Assembly: GCA_965231155.1 (NCBI GenBank)
Contig: OZ246418.1
Span: 110,850-174,849 of the forward strand
Direction: 5' to 3'
Source of the DNA: an uncultured Candidatus Saccharibacteria bacterium
Lineage (GTDB): Bacteria > Patescibacteriota > Minisyncoccia > UBA6257 > 2-01-FULL-56-20
DNA: 64,000 nucleotides
The notes below the pieces were generated by a model that worked only from the letters and a program-made list of their open reading frames with translations, searched no databases and had not been told where the DNA came from. Numbering within the stretch: position 1 is the stretch's first letter; each line of letters starts with the position of its first letter. Positions 28,438 to 36,686 of the stretch are shown here, piece after piece. Both the position numbers and the translations under genes were made by a program.

Positions 28438-28487
28438 GGCTCAGAGCAGCGTAGTGCTGTCTGAGCCTGAGAGAGAAGTTTTTTATT
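28438..28487. terminator. Bidirectional rho-independent terminator between convergent genes 27388..28428 (+) and 28520..29440 (-).
   Basis: Hairpin GGCTCAGAGCAGC-gtag-TGCTGTCTGAGCC at 28438..28467, with A-rich sequence upstream and TTTTTTATT at 28479..28487. Confidence 0.6.
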
Positions 28488-28519
28488 AAGAGGAGTCTCT
28501 CATCTCCTCGTGAAGTGAA

Positions 28520-29440
28520 TCAGTTGTTCTCGCCGGGATTGCCACACGCGTTCATCTGGATGTGTGACGCACCGGCTCGCGCGACGGCGACGGCCTTGCC
28601 GAGCTCGGCCAGACCCTTGGAATCGTAGACCTTCATCGCCGTCATCATGTCGATGGCGAGTCGGGTCTGCTCTTCGGGGGTCGGGACGAAGGACAAGAAG
28701 TTCAAGCGAACGCCCTTGTCCTTGAGACGCTCGTTCACGGCCCCGAGGAGTTTGTCCTCGAATTCCCCTTGCGAGAAGTCGACGATGTCTTCGCCGATCA
28801 GCATCTCAGTCGTGACGTCGCGGATGCGCTTGTCGATGACGGCGTTCTCCGCGGACTCGTACTGCCCCGAAGAGTTTGCCCTGTCATCGACGTCGGTGTT
28901 GGCCTTGCCGAGATACTTCGCCTCGCCGATAAAGACCTTGCCGTCGAAGATCGAGTACTCGTAAGCAATCTCGACGCTGGCGAGGACCCTATCCTTGAAC
29001 GAAGTCTTGAACTTGGTCTCGCCTTGCATCGGGTAATCCGGAATCGCCACCTTGTAGGCACAGGGGCCGATGCGTGACGGAATGGTCTGCCCCGGAGGAA
29101 TGAGGGTCCAGCTCACGCCGCAATCGTCGCTGACCAAGGTCTGGACGTTTGCGCCACCGCGAGCACACGCATTCAGGGTGCAGGCGGCGAGCAAAGCTCC
29201 CAGCACGAGAAGGTGGTGTGCATGGTGATGCGGCACCTCCCCCTTATACTGAACGATGAGCTTGAGCAAATAGCCCACTCCTCCAATCACCGCAAGAGGC
29301 GCGAGCGCCCCCATGATGGCGAGAAAGATGCCGGCGTTTGCGTAGTACTGGCCGATCAGGTAGGTCGAGTACCACAACTCGAGAAGTCCTGCCGCAACTG
29401 CCAGCAGAACTACCACTCCGACGAACTTCGTCGTCTTCAT
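28520..29440 (-). CDS. GC-rich membrane-anchored protein with a probable SPFH/band-7-like domain and a His-rich segment.
   Basis: 306 aa. Two N-terminal transmembrane helices, then PHHHAHH, a Cys-containing linker, and an SPFH-like pattern (RVLASVEIAYEYSI...AVIDKRIRDVTTEMLIGEDIVDF...). The nucleotide composition is visibly more GC-rich than flanking genes. Confidence 0.45.
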   Translation of the reverse strand: MKTTKFVGVVVLLAVAAGLLELWYSTYLIGQYYANAGIFLAIMGALAPLAVIGGVGYLLKLIVQYKGEVPHHHAHHLLVLGALLAACTLNACARGGANVQTLVSDDCGVSWTLIPPGQTIPSRIGPCAYKVAIPDYPMQGETKFKTSFKDRVLASVEIAYEYSIFDGKVFIGEAKYLGKANTDVDDRANSSGQYESAENAVIDKRIRDVTTEMLIGEDIVDFSQGEFEDKLLGAVNERLKDKGVRLNFLSFVPTPEEQTRLAIDMMTAMKVYDSKGLAELGKAVAVARAGASHIQMNACGNPGENN

Positions 29441-29612
29441 CTTTGTTTCTCCTTCAAATTTCGGCTCTTTATCGGTTACCCTTCCTTACGGATTAGGGTG
29501 TCTCAGAGCGTGCTAGTTGCACATTATAGGATACTTATATTGATTTGTCAAGTAAGACTTTCTGCCCTAAAAAATTGCCAATTCCCCTACTTCCCAGTAT
29601 TCTAAGTAATCT

Positions 29613-31064
29613 ATGGCTGACGAGACCATCCTCCGATTTAACGAAGTATCCTTTGGCTACGGCCACAACAAGCCCATTCTCCATGAGGCCAGTTTTTCTG
29701 TCCGCCGGGGCGCAAAGATTACGCTCATGGGACAGAATGGCGCAGGTAAAAGCACTCTCTTCCAACTCATCCTTGGCAACGCAAAACCCGAGACTGGCTC
29801 TATTGCCCTAGCCCCAAAACTATCTATCGCTATCTCCCGACAGATCATCCCTCACTCAGAGTTAACGCTTACTGTCCAAGAGTTCTTTGCCAAGGTCTTT
29901 CCTCAGAAAGTCTACGACCTCGATCCTCGTATCGAAAAAATTCTTGAAGTCGTCCACCTTAAAGCACCACTCGAAAGGACAGTCGGTTCCTTCTCTGGCG
30001 GACAGCAAGCGCGCTTACTTCTGGCCTCCGCCTTGATTCAGGACCCCGACCTCCTCCTGCTTGATGAGCCAACGAATAATCTGGACAAAGACGGTATCGC
30101 CCACCTCAAACAATTTTTAATCGATTACAAAAAAACCTGTATCGTCATCTCTCATGACGCCCCGTTTTTGAATGCCTTCACGCAGGGCGTCCTGTATCTC
30201 GATCTCTACACCCGCCAGATTGAACAGTACACTGGAAACTATTTTTCAGTGGTGGCCGAAATCTCCAAGCGTATCGAACGCGAACGGATGCAGAACGTCC
30301 GTCTCGAGAAAGATATCTCTCACCGCAAAGAACAAGCTAACTTCTTTGCTCAGAAAGGAGGTCATCTTCGCGACGTAGCCAAGAAGATGCGCGATAAAAT
30401 CGAAGACCTTGAAGAGGAGAAGGTGGATACACGAAAAGAAGACAAAACAATCCGACAGTTCTCTATCCCCTGCCAACCAGAAATCGGTGGAAAGATTGCG
30501 GTGTTCGATTCGATTACAGTGCTCAAAAGTCATAAGCCGGTAAAAAAGAAAGTTGCTCTTGAACTACGTAAGAAAGAGCATCTCCTTCTTACCGGTCCGA
30601 ATGGTATCGGAAAAACCACACTCCTTGAATCAATCGTCAAAGGCACAGCCAACGGGATGACCCTGACTGATGGGGTGATTATTGGCTACTATCGCCAAGA
30701 TTTCAGAACTTTAAATTTCGAGCAGACCGCCTATGAGTCTCTTTCTGATGTTGCTAAAAACTTGAGCGAGGAAGAAATGCGTTCGGTAGCAGCTGGCTTT
30801 CTCCTCAACTCTCAAATTCTCAAAACGAAAATCGGAGATCTTTCCGAAGGACAGAAAGGACTCTTATCATTTGCTCGTTTAGTACTTCAAAAGCCAGGAT
30901 TTCTTATCCTTGACGAGCCAACAAATCATATCAATTTCCGCCATATCCCCGTCATTGCCAAAGCCCTTGATCAGTACGAAGGCGCTATGATCCTGGTCAG
31001 TCACGTACCAGAATTTGTAAAACAGATTCGTATTGATCACACCCTTGATCTCGAATCGATCTAG
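29613..31064 (+). CDS. ABC-F family ATPase (tandem ABC domains, no membrane domain; Uup/EttA-like).
   Basis: Two Walker A sites (GQNGAGKSTLF and GPNGIGKTTLL), two signature motifs (FSGGQQARL and LSEGQKGLL) and the inter-domain linker. 483 aa. Confidence 0.8.
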   Translation: MADETILRFNEVSFGYGHNKPILHEASFSVRRGAKITLMGQNGAGKSTLFQLILGNAKPETGSIALAPKLSIAISRQIIPHSELTLTVQEFFAKVFPQKVYDLDPRIEKILEVVHLKAPLERTVGSFSGGQQARLLLASALIQDPDLLLLDEPTNNLDKDGIAHLKQFLIDYKKTCIVISHDAPFLNAFTQGVLYLDLYTRQIEQYTGNYFSVVAEISKRIERERMQNVRLEKDISHRKEQANFFAQKGGHLRDVAKKMRDKIEDLEEEKVDTRKEDKTIRQFSIPCQPEIGGKIAVFDSITVLKSHKPVKKKVALELRKKEHLLLTGPNGIGKTTLLESIVKGTANGMTLTDGVIIGYYRQDFRTLNFEQTAYESLSDVAKNLSEEEMRSVAAGFLLNSQILKTKIGDLSEGQKGLLSFARLVLQKPGFLILDEPTNHINFRHIPVIAKALDQYEGAMILVSHVPEFVKQIRIDHTLDLESI

Positions 31065-31555
31065 TACTCCTCCCGTTTATAAAACGGCCTTAGATGTGAA
31101 GCTAGGCTAAAAGCCAAGGCGATGATAGTGATGTTTTTTAGAATATACTGACCCTCGAGCGTCGGCACGAGAAAGCTCTGCCAAGTCACCGATGGGAGAA
31201 GCACAAGCGGGGCAACGGTGGTCGCTAAATGCGGGATGAGAAAAGCAACTGCCAAACGCTCATATCCAGGCAACAGAAAAAGAAGGCCAATAAGCATTTC
31301 AAATAAACCCAACGCAACAATAAATTGATTAAAGGTGATAAATGGAAGGGTCTGTTGAAGTAGATCACTCACCAAAGGATTTGCTGGACTGGTGCCGAGG
31401 ACTTTCAGAAAACCAAACCAAAAATAGACTACAAATAACGCTATCCGGGCCAGAGGAACGCTGATCCGTCTTAAAAAATGTATGGAAAATCTATCAAACC
31501 AGGCTATGAAACTGGACATCGATATAAGTATAAAGAGTCTCTCAGTGTCCCGCAA
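31061..31555 (-). CDS. Hypothetical polytopic membrane protein.
   Basis: 164 aa, almost entirely hydrophobic helices. It overlaps the ABC-F stop by 4 nt. Confidence 0.45.
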   Translation of the reverse strand: MRDTERLFILISMSSFIAWFDRFSIHFLRRISVPLARIALFVVYFWFGFLKVLGTSPANPLVSDLLQQTLPFITFNQFIVALGLFEMLIGLLFLLPGYERLAVAFLIPHLATTVAPLVLLPSVTWQSFLVPTLEGQYILKNITIIALAFSLASHLRPFYKREEY

Positions 31556-31566
31556 ATATCAGATTC

Positions 31567-32466
31567 TCAGCTTTCCCTTCGCTTCTCGGTGAATACTTTT
31601 AATCGACCACTCTCGATTACAATGGTAATTGTGCCATCTTTATCAGTCCGAAAGATAGTATTTCCCACAAAATTTTCGAGACGCTGAAGTGTCTCTTTGG
31701 TTGGATGACCATAGCGATTTTCCCCCACTCCAATAACAGCTATCTTGGGACGCACAGCACTGAGAAACTCATTACTGGATGAATACTTGGAACCATGATG
31801 AGAAACCTTCAGAATGTCTGCCTGTAGCGTGTCTCTCTTCCTTAAATACTCTTCGAGATTAGTTCCAATATCAGCCGTAAGGAGGATGGAGGTACTGGCC
31901 ATACGTACATGCGCCACCACTCCAGTGTCATTCAGTTCACCACTCTCCCGAAATGTCACCTCAGGAGAAAGAATCTCAATAATAGCATCCTCCTGAATAA
32001 TCCGATCGCCACGACCAATAAAAATGATAGGAATATTCTTCTCTTTTATCTTATCGACAAGTGTCTGCCACGACAAAGAATCATCATCAGGAGTCCGGCC
32101 AGTCATCAAAAACGCACCAAAATCATAACGATCTAAAAGATCGATAAATCCGCCATAATGATCAAGCTGGGGATGCGTGATAATAGCTAGGTCGACGTAT
32201 TTAGAAGAAGGAAGGGGAACTTTATCCAAGGCACGCGTAGCCGCACGAGAGGGACCGGCATCGGTCATCACCACCACCCCACTGGGAAACTGTACCAACG
32301 AACTATCCCCTTGTCCTACATCAAGCATCACAAACTGTGCCTGAGTCGAAGATGCGATGAGAATCTGACCCCAGAAGATGACATCCAGAAGAACAAGTAG
32401 GCCGATGAGTATAATGCTACGTTGATGATTTTTCATAAGGGAAATAGACATATACAAACCACCCAA
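31567..32466 (-). CDS. comEC: Metallo-beta-lactamase-fold domain corresponding to the C-terminal part of ComEC/Rec2.
   Basis: LDVGQGDSSLVQFP...IITHPQLDHYGGF is the MBL (HxHxDH) motif typical of the ComEC C-terminal domain. The N-terminal transmembrane anchor overlaps the upstream ORF. Confidence 0.65.
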   Translation of the reverse strand: MGGLYMSISLMKNHQRSIILIGLLVLLDVIFWGQILIASSTQAQFVMLDVGQGDSSLVQFPSGVVVMTDAGPSRAATRALDKVPLPSSKYVDLAIITHPQLDHYGGFIDLLDRYDFGAFLMTGRTPDDDSLSWQTLVDKIKEKNIPIIFIGRGDRIIQEDAIIEILSPEVTFRESGELNDTGVVAHVRMASTSILLTADIGTNLEEYLRKRDTLQADILKVSHHGSKYSSSNEFLSAVRPKIAVIGVGENRYGHPTKETLQRLENFVGNTIFRTDKDGTITIVIESGRLKVFTEKRRES

Positions 32467-33817
32467 GCACTCCGTAATATATGAGAGTCTGCCAGATACC
32501 CCATTGAATTTCCAGTGTGGGGAAAAGGGCTGACATATTAATAATCATCAATATATACGAAAGAAGAATGTGAAGAAAAGGCTGGAAAATTAACCCTAGA
32601 GAAACTTGGAATAGTCCCAAAAAAGCAACAAGAAATCCCAGGGCCATAACGGAAGGTATGAGCCAGAGTATGAGCACATTAGAAACAACCCCCACCAGAG
32701 AAAAAGTAGCAAAACTCATAAGGAGTATCGGAAGTACTCCCAGCTGAGCAGCTATCGTCGTTGCTAAATTATCTTTCCAGTGGAAGAGGGATATATCTTT
32801 CTTCTGCACTCCCAACCAGTGGGCCAGAATTGGTTGCAGTAAGACAATGCCAAGTAAACTGAGAAACGACAGCTGAAAACCTAAATCACTTCCCGGTAGT
32901 GATGGATTCCAAAGGGACATTCCAAGAGCGGCATAGACTAAGGCATACCAAAAACTATGGAGTCGCCCGATCGTCGTCGCAAGGAGGACAAGCCAGCCCA
33001 TAATGGCAGCACGTACAATTGAAGCCTCAGCGCCCACCATCAAGACGAATAATCCAATGCAACACGTGGTAAGTATAAAAAAGAAACGCTTCGAAAATCG
33101 AGATCGTAGCAACCTTTCTATGGCAAGAATAAGAATGCTGATGTTATAACCCGAGAGTGCCACGAGATGAATGGTGCCACTCCGCTCCATCGCCTCTTTG
33201 AACTCGGCGCTAAAATCAGCACGGACACCGAACGTTAAACCACTAATGAGGGCGGCTTCATCGGCCGAGAGAATTTTTTTAAAACTACTTATAAATCTCT
33301 GTTTTATATCGAGAGCTGAAGACTTCGGTGACCAGATAATCCGACCAGTTGGTTCTATAGACGGAAAGACAATCGCATTCCGCACAGGCCAGACATTGTT
33401 TTTAACTACTCCTTTTATTCTGAGTTCTTCTCCATGTTGAAATTCAACTAGTGGCTGAGTAATCATATCGAGACTCCCTCGATAGGGCGAAAGGAGTTCA
33501 ATGGTAATCACCTGAGACTTCTCTGATAATCTTGGCTCTCCAGAAACTATGGCCATAAACTCCTGTTGGCCTTTTGGTACAATCTCATACCGCTCTCTAA
33601 AAACAGCGAACCCATGATAATAAAAAACTCCTAACGTCCCCGCGAGGAGAAAAACAAAAAGTATCTTCTTTGAAACACCCAAAGAGAAAAATTGCACTAC
33701 TCCAACACCGACCAGCCATGAAAACAGGACCCACCAGAAAGATAGTCCGAAGCTGGCGAGCACAAGGCCCAAAAGAAAAGAACTGCTCAGTGAGAAAACT
33801 ACTTCGCTTTTGGCCAT
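32417..33817 (-). CDS. comEC: ComEC/Rec2 N-terminal part (DUF4131 plus the competence membrane-channel domain); separated from its MBL domain by a frame change.
   Basis: 466-aa polytopic membrane protein with a competence-domain pattern (GTIHLVALSGYNISILI). It overlaps the downstream MBL ORF by 50 nt in a different frame. Confidence 0.65.
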   Translation of the reverse strand: MAKSEVVFSLSSSFLLGLVLASFGLSFWWVLFSWLVGVGVVQFFSLGVSKKILFVFLLAGTLGVFYYHGFAVFRERYEIVPKGQQEFMAIVSGEPRLSEKSQVITIELLSPYRGSLDMITQPLVEFQHGEELRIKGVVKNNVWPVRNAIVFPSIEPTGRIIWSPKSSALDIKQRFISSFKKILSADEAALISGLTFGVRADFSAEFKEAMERSGTIHLVALSGYNISILILAIERLLRSRFSKRFFFILTTCCIGLFVLMVGAEASIVRAAIMGWLVLLATTIGRLHSFWYALVYAALGMSLWNPSLPGSDLGFQLSFLSLLGIVLLQPILAHWLGVQKKDISLFHWKDNLATTIAAQLGVLPILLMSFATFSLVGVVSNVLILWLIPSVMALGFLVAFLGLFQVSLGLIFQPFLHILLSYILMIINMSALFPTLEIQWGIWQTLIYYGVLGWFVYVYFPYEKSST

Positions 33818-34443
33818 TGCTTCCGCCAGGCATTAATTGCGGCGTGATTACCAGAAACGAGAACCGAAGGAACCTTCTGTACCTTGCCATTCATCTTTAC
33901 CTCTGGTGGACGCGTATAGGCGGGATAATACCCTTTCACGTCCTCTAATGACTCGTATGAACCTAAAAATCCTGGGAGAAAACGAGAGACACTTTCCATC
34001 AGCACCAACGCAGGAAGCTCTCCTCCGGAAAGGACATACTCACCAATCGAGATCTCTTCGTCAGCCAGATACTCAGCCACCCGCTCATCAACTCCCTCGT
34101 ACCGACCACAGATCATAATCAGCTGATCATATTTCGAAAGTCTTTTGGCCACTTTCTGATCTAGTTTCTCACCTCGTGTAGAAAAAAGAATAACTCGTGA
34201 CTTTTTTATCTTTTTTGATTGGATCTTTTTTAGAGCTTTCGCAATCGGCTCTGGCTTCAAAACCATACCAGGGCCACCACCAAAAGGTTTATCATCTACC
34301 TTCTGATGTTTGTCTGTAGTGAAATCCCTGAGATTATGCACCTTTACGTCAACTATTTTTTTGGCCCGAGCGCGTTTAAAAAGAGACTCGCCAAGGTACG
34401 AATCAAAAATATTAGGGAAGATCGTGATAATATCAAACCGCAT
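33799..34443 (-). CDS. trmD: tRNA (guanine37-N1)-methyltransferase TrmD.
   Basis: MRFDIITIFPNIFDSYLGESLFKRA...DDKPFGGGPGMVLKPEP...GRYEGVDERV are TrmD signatures. Confidence 0.85.
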   Translation of the reverse strand: MRFDIITIFPNIFDSYLGESLFKRARAKKIVDVKVHNLRDFTTDKHQKVDDKPFGGGPGMVLKPEPIAKALKKIQSKKIKKSRVILFSTRGEKLDQKVAKRLSKYDQLIMICGRYEGVDERVAEYLADEEISIGEYVLSGGELPALVLMESVSRFLPGFLGSYESLEDVKGYYPAYTRPPEVKMNGKVQKVPSVLVSGNHAAINAWRKQWPKAK

Positions 34444-34446
34444 CTT

Positions 34447-36177
34447 CTAGTCCTTATTCTTTAAAGACTCCCCAAGGGAAGCATTGATAGCTTTTCGAAA
34501 ATCATCGATACTCAAATCTTCAGTTGGGACTTTCTTACTCACCTTCGAACTAGTCGGTACTGAAGATGACTCTTTTTTCAGATGATCAAGTGAGAGTGGT
34601 TGAGGAGCCTGAGGAGTGAAACTACGATTTACTTCATGCATTTTTGGACGTTCTTTTGGAGGAAAAGAACGAGGAGCGTCTTTCTGAATAGGTGCAACTG
34701 GCTTCTCTTCGTGAGTGAATTCGATACCCAAAGCACTCAGCGCAGCATGATCCTCTTTGTAGGCCGGCTGACGAGCCTTGAAGGGTTCCGGGCGTTGCCA
34801 CTGCTGGCGCGCTCCCCCGCCTCCTATCGGTGGTTTACCACGAGCCTGAGACTGTCCATCAAAATTACCCATCACGTTACTCCACTTTAAGATCTCTTCC
34901 TCTACCTGCTCCCGAGGTCGTCCGTAACGAACACGAGAAGCTTGGATGATATCCTGTGGCAATGAAGACTTTACCCTAAACGGAGGGAGGGTTGTGGCAG
35001 AAAATGGACGGCTGGTTACCCCATCAACCATCAGTTTTAGGTAAATCTGACGATTGGGAAGTGCTACGAGATCCTGAGGAGTAAACTCTGGATCAAATTC
35101 GTTTTCTAAAAATTCGGCGTCTGCAGCACCAACTCGAAAAACGATCATCGTCCCCACGTTGCCGAATACCGCATCACGCACTTTCGTTGATGTGTCAGTG
35201 ACTAACTGAGCAGTATACTGATGGGCAATGATAAGGTTTAAACGATATTTACGAGCCTCAGAAAGAATTCCCGCAAAAGAATCGGTGGCGAAGTTTTGGA
35301 ACTCGTCGACATACAGATAGAAATCAAGACGCTCCTCTTCTGGAATACGAATACGCTCCATAGCTGAAAGCTGAAGCTGAGTAATCATCATCGCTCCTAA
35401 AAGTGCGGAGTTGTCCTCGCCGATTCTTCCCTTGGAAACATTGACCAAAAAAATCTTCGAGGTGTTCATAATATCGAAAATACTGATTGTACTCTTGGCC
35501 TGTCCAACCACGTTACGGATCATGGCTGTAGACAAAAACTGTCCCACCTTATTCTGAATTGGCGCAATAGCTTCGTTGCGGAACTTATCCTGCCACTGCT
35601 CATACTCGTTTATCCAAAAAGCCTTCACCACCGGATCTTTCACATTGGCCACCACCTGTTGTCGAAAATCTTTGTCGACAAGAATACGGGTGATACCAAG
35701 CAGTGTTGAGTTTGGAGTCTCTAAGAGTGCCAGAATGGCATTATTCAAAATGTACTCCATACGAGCCGACCAGGTGTTGGCCCAGATCTTCGTGAAAATT
35801 CCCATCAGCCCCGAAGCCACTAAATGTTTATATTTTGGATCGGGTAGTTCTAAGGGATTGAAGCCAACAAAGAAATCAGGGTCAGCTGGATTGAAATAAA
35901 TGACATCATCTTTGCGCTCAACTGGAATCTTTTCCAAAAGTTCTTCAACGAACTCACCGTGAGGATCAATAACACAAACCCCGCTGCCATTCACGATATC
36001 CTGGATAACCATATTCTTAATCAGGGTGGTTTTACCAGTACCGGTCTTTCCCACAATATAAGTATGCTGACGTCGATCTCGACGCTTAAAACCAAACAAC
36101 CTATCTTGGTTGCGAAAATTAGTTCGGGCAAAATATACAACTTCTTTCTCTGGATTAGTTTCCATGACGCTCTTCAA
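34447..36177 (-). CDS. Soluble TraD/TrwB/VirD4-like (type IV coupling protein family, FtsK-HerA superfamily) P-loop ATPase with a ~170-aa low-complexity C-terminal tail. Paralog of 48856..50298.
   Basis: FGFKRRDRRQHTYIVGKTGTGKTTL (Walker A), VIDPHGEF, YLYVDEFQNFATDSF (Walker B), LSEARKYRLNLIIAHQYTAQL (typical TrwB/TraD C-terminal motif). No N-terminal transmembrane segment. The Pro/Gln/Lys-rich tail begins around GKPPIGGGGARQQWQRPEP. Confidence 0.65.
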   Translation of the reverse strand: MKSVMETNPEKEVVYFARTNFRNQDRLFGFKRRDRRQHTYIVGKTGTGKTTLIKNMVIQDIVNGSGVCVIDPHGEFVEELLEKIPVERKDDVIYFNPADPDFFVGFNPLELPDPKYKHLVASGLMGIFTKIWANTWSARMEYILNNAILALLETPNSTLLGITRILVDKDFRQQVVANVKDPVVKAFWINEYEQWQDKFRNEAIAPIQNKVGQFLSTAMIRNVVGQAKSTISIFDIMNTSKIFLVNVSKGRIGEDNSALLGAMMITQLQLSAMERIRIPEEERLDFYLYVDEFQNFATDSFAGILSEARKYRLNLIIAHQYTAQLVTDTSTKVRDAVFGNVGTMIVFRVGAADAEFLENEFDPEFTPQDLVALPNRQIYLKLMVDGVTSRPFSATTLPPFRVKSSLPQDIIQASRVRYGRPREQVEEEILKWSNVMGNFDGQSQARGKPPIGGGGARQQWQRPEPFKARQPAYKEDHAALSALGIEFTHEEKPVAPIQKDAPRSFPPKERPKMHEVNRSFTPQAPQPLSLDHLKKESSSVPTSSKVSKKVPTEDLSIDDFRKAINASLGESLKNKD

Positions 36178-36211
36178 TTATACCTCAAAAATCCTGATAA
36201 AAAACTGGACG

Positions 36212-36640
36212 CTATAGGCCACCCTCCCCCTCCCAAATCGACGAGCGAAACTTATCAGGGTAATATGCCTCAATCTTAATCATAGGGATAGTGGGTATCA
36301 TCCCCTCGGTCATCTTTTCTCTTAAGTTTCTCTCAAGCCCCACCTGATCATATCCCAGGCAAATGAGTTGAGGGGTAACGCTTTTAAAGACTTCATAAGT
36401 CCCAAGAGTTTCATCACCAAGCAGCACCTCAGAAACATCAGGGAATGCTCGTACTTTTTGGAGACGTTCCTCCTCGGATTCTCGGGGTTCCTTATTCTTC
36501 AGAAGTCGCACGGAACTGTTCCGAGCGACCACGACTATTAGTTCGTTCCCATGACTCCTCGCTTGTTTCAAAAGATAATGATGTCCGGGATGCAAACGAT
36601 CAAAAACTCCAAAAACCATCACTTTTTTTGTAGTAGACAT
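36212..36640 (-). CDS. Small cytidylyltransferase-like nucleotidyltransferase (TagD/RibL/CoaD-like HxGH fold).
   Basis: VMVFGVFDRLHPGHHYLLKQARSHGNELIVVVARNS has the (T/H)xGH nucleotidyltransferase motif; 142 aa. Confidence 0.6.
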   Translation of the reverse strand: MSTTKKVMVFGVFDRLHPGHHYLLKQARSHGNELIVVVARNSSVRLLKNKEPRESEEERLQKVRAFPDVSEVLLGDETLGTYEVFKSVTPQLICLGYDQVGLERNLREKMTEGMIPTIPMIKIEAYYPDKFRSSIWEGEGGL

Positions 36641-36686
36641 TAGTTACGCTTCTCACGGTATAGGAGTCTTTTCTCGTAGTCAAATA

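Noticed and set aside
28647-29077. A cluster of overlapping ORFs on both strands (28647..28964 +, 28769..29077 +, 28798..29061 -).
   Set aside because: This is an artefact of high GC content within the 28520..29440 gene. GC-rich sequence has few stop codons in any frame.
34447-36177. The possibility that the ATPases are VirB4/TraC or HerA helicases, not T4CP-like.
   Set aside because: The evidence does not settle this. The size (about 430-aa core), a Walker A near residue 65 and the C-terminal ...ARKY.L.L..AHQ... motif fit TrwB/TraD-type better than VirB4 (about 800 aa, C-terminal P-loop). HMM classification is still needed, so I call them T4CP-like and FtsK-HerA superfamily only.
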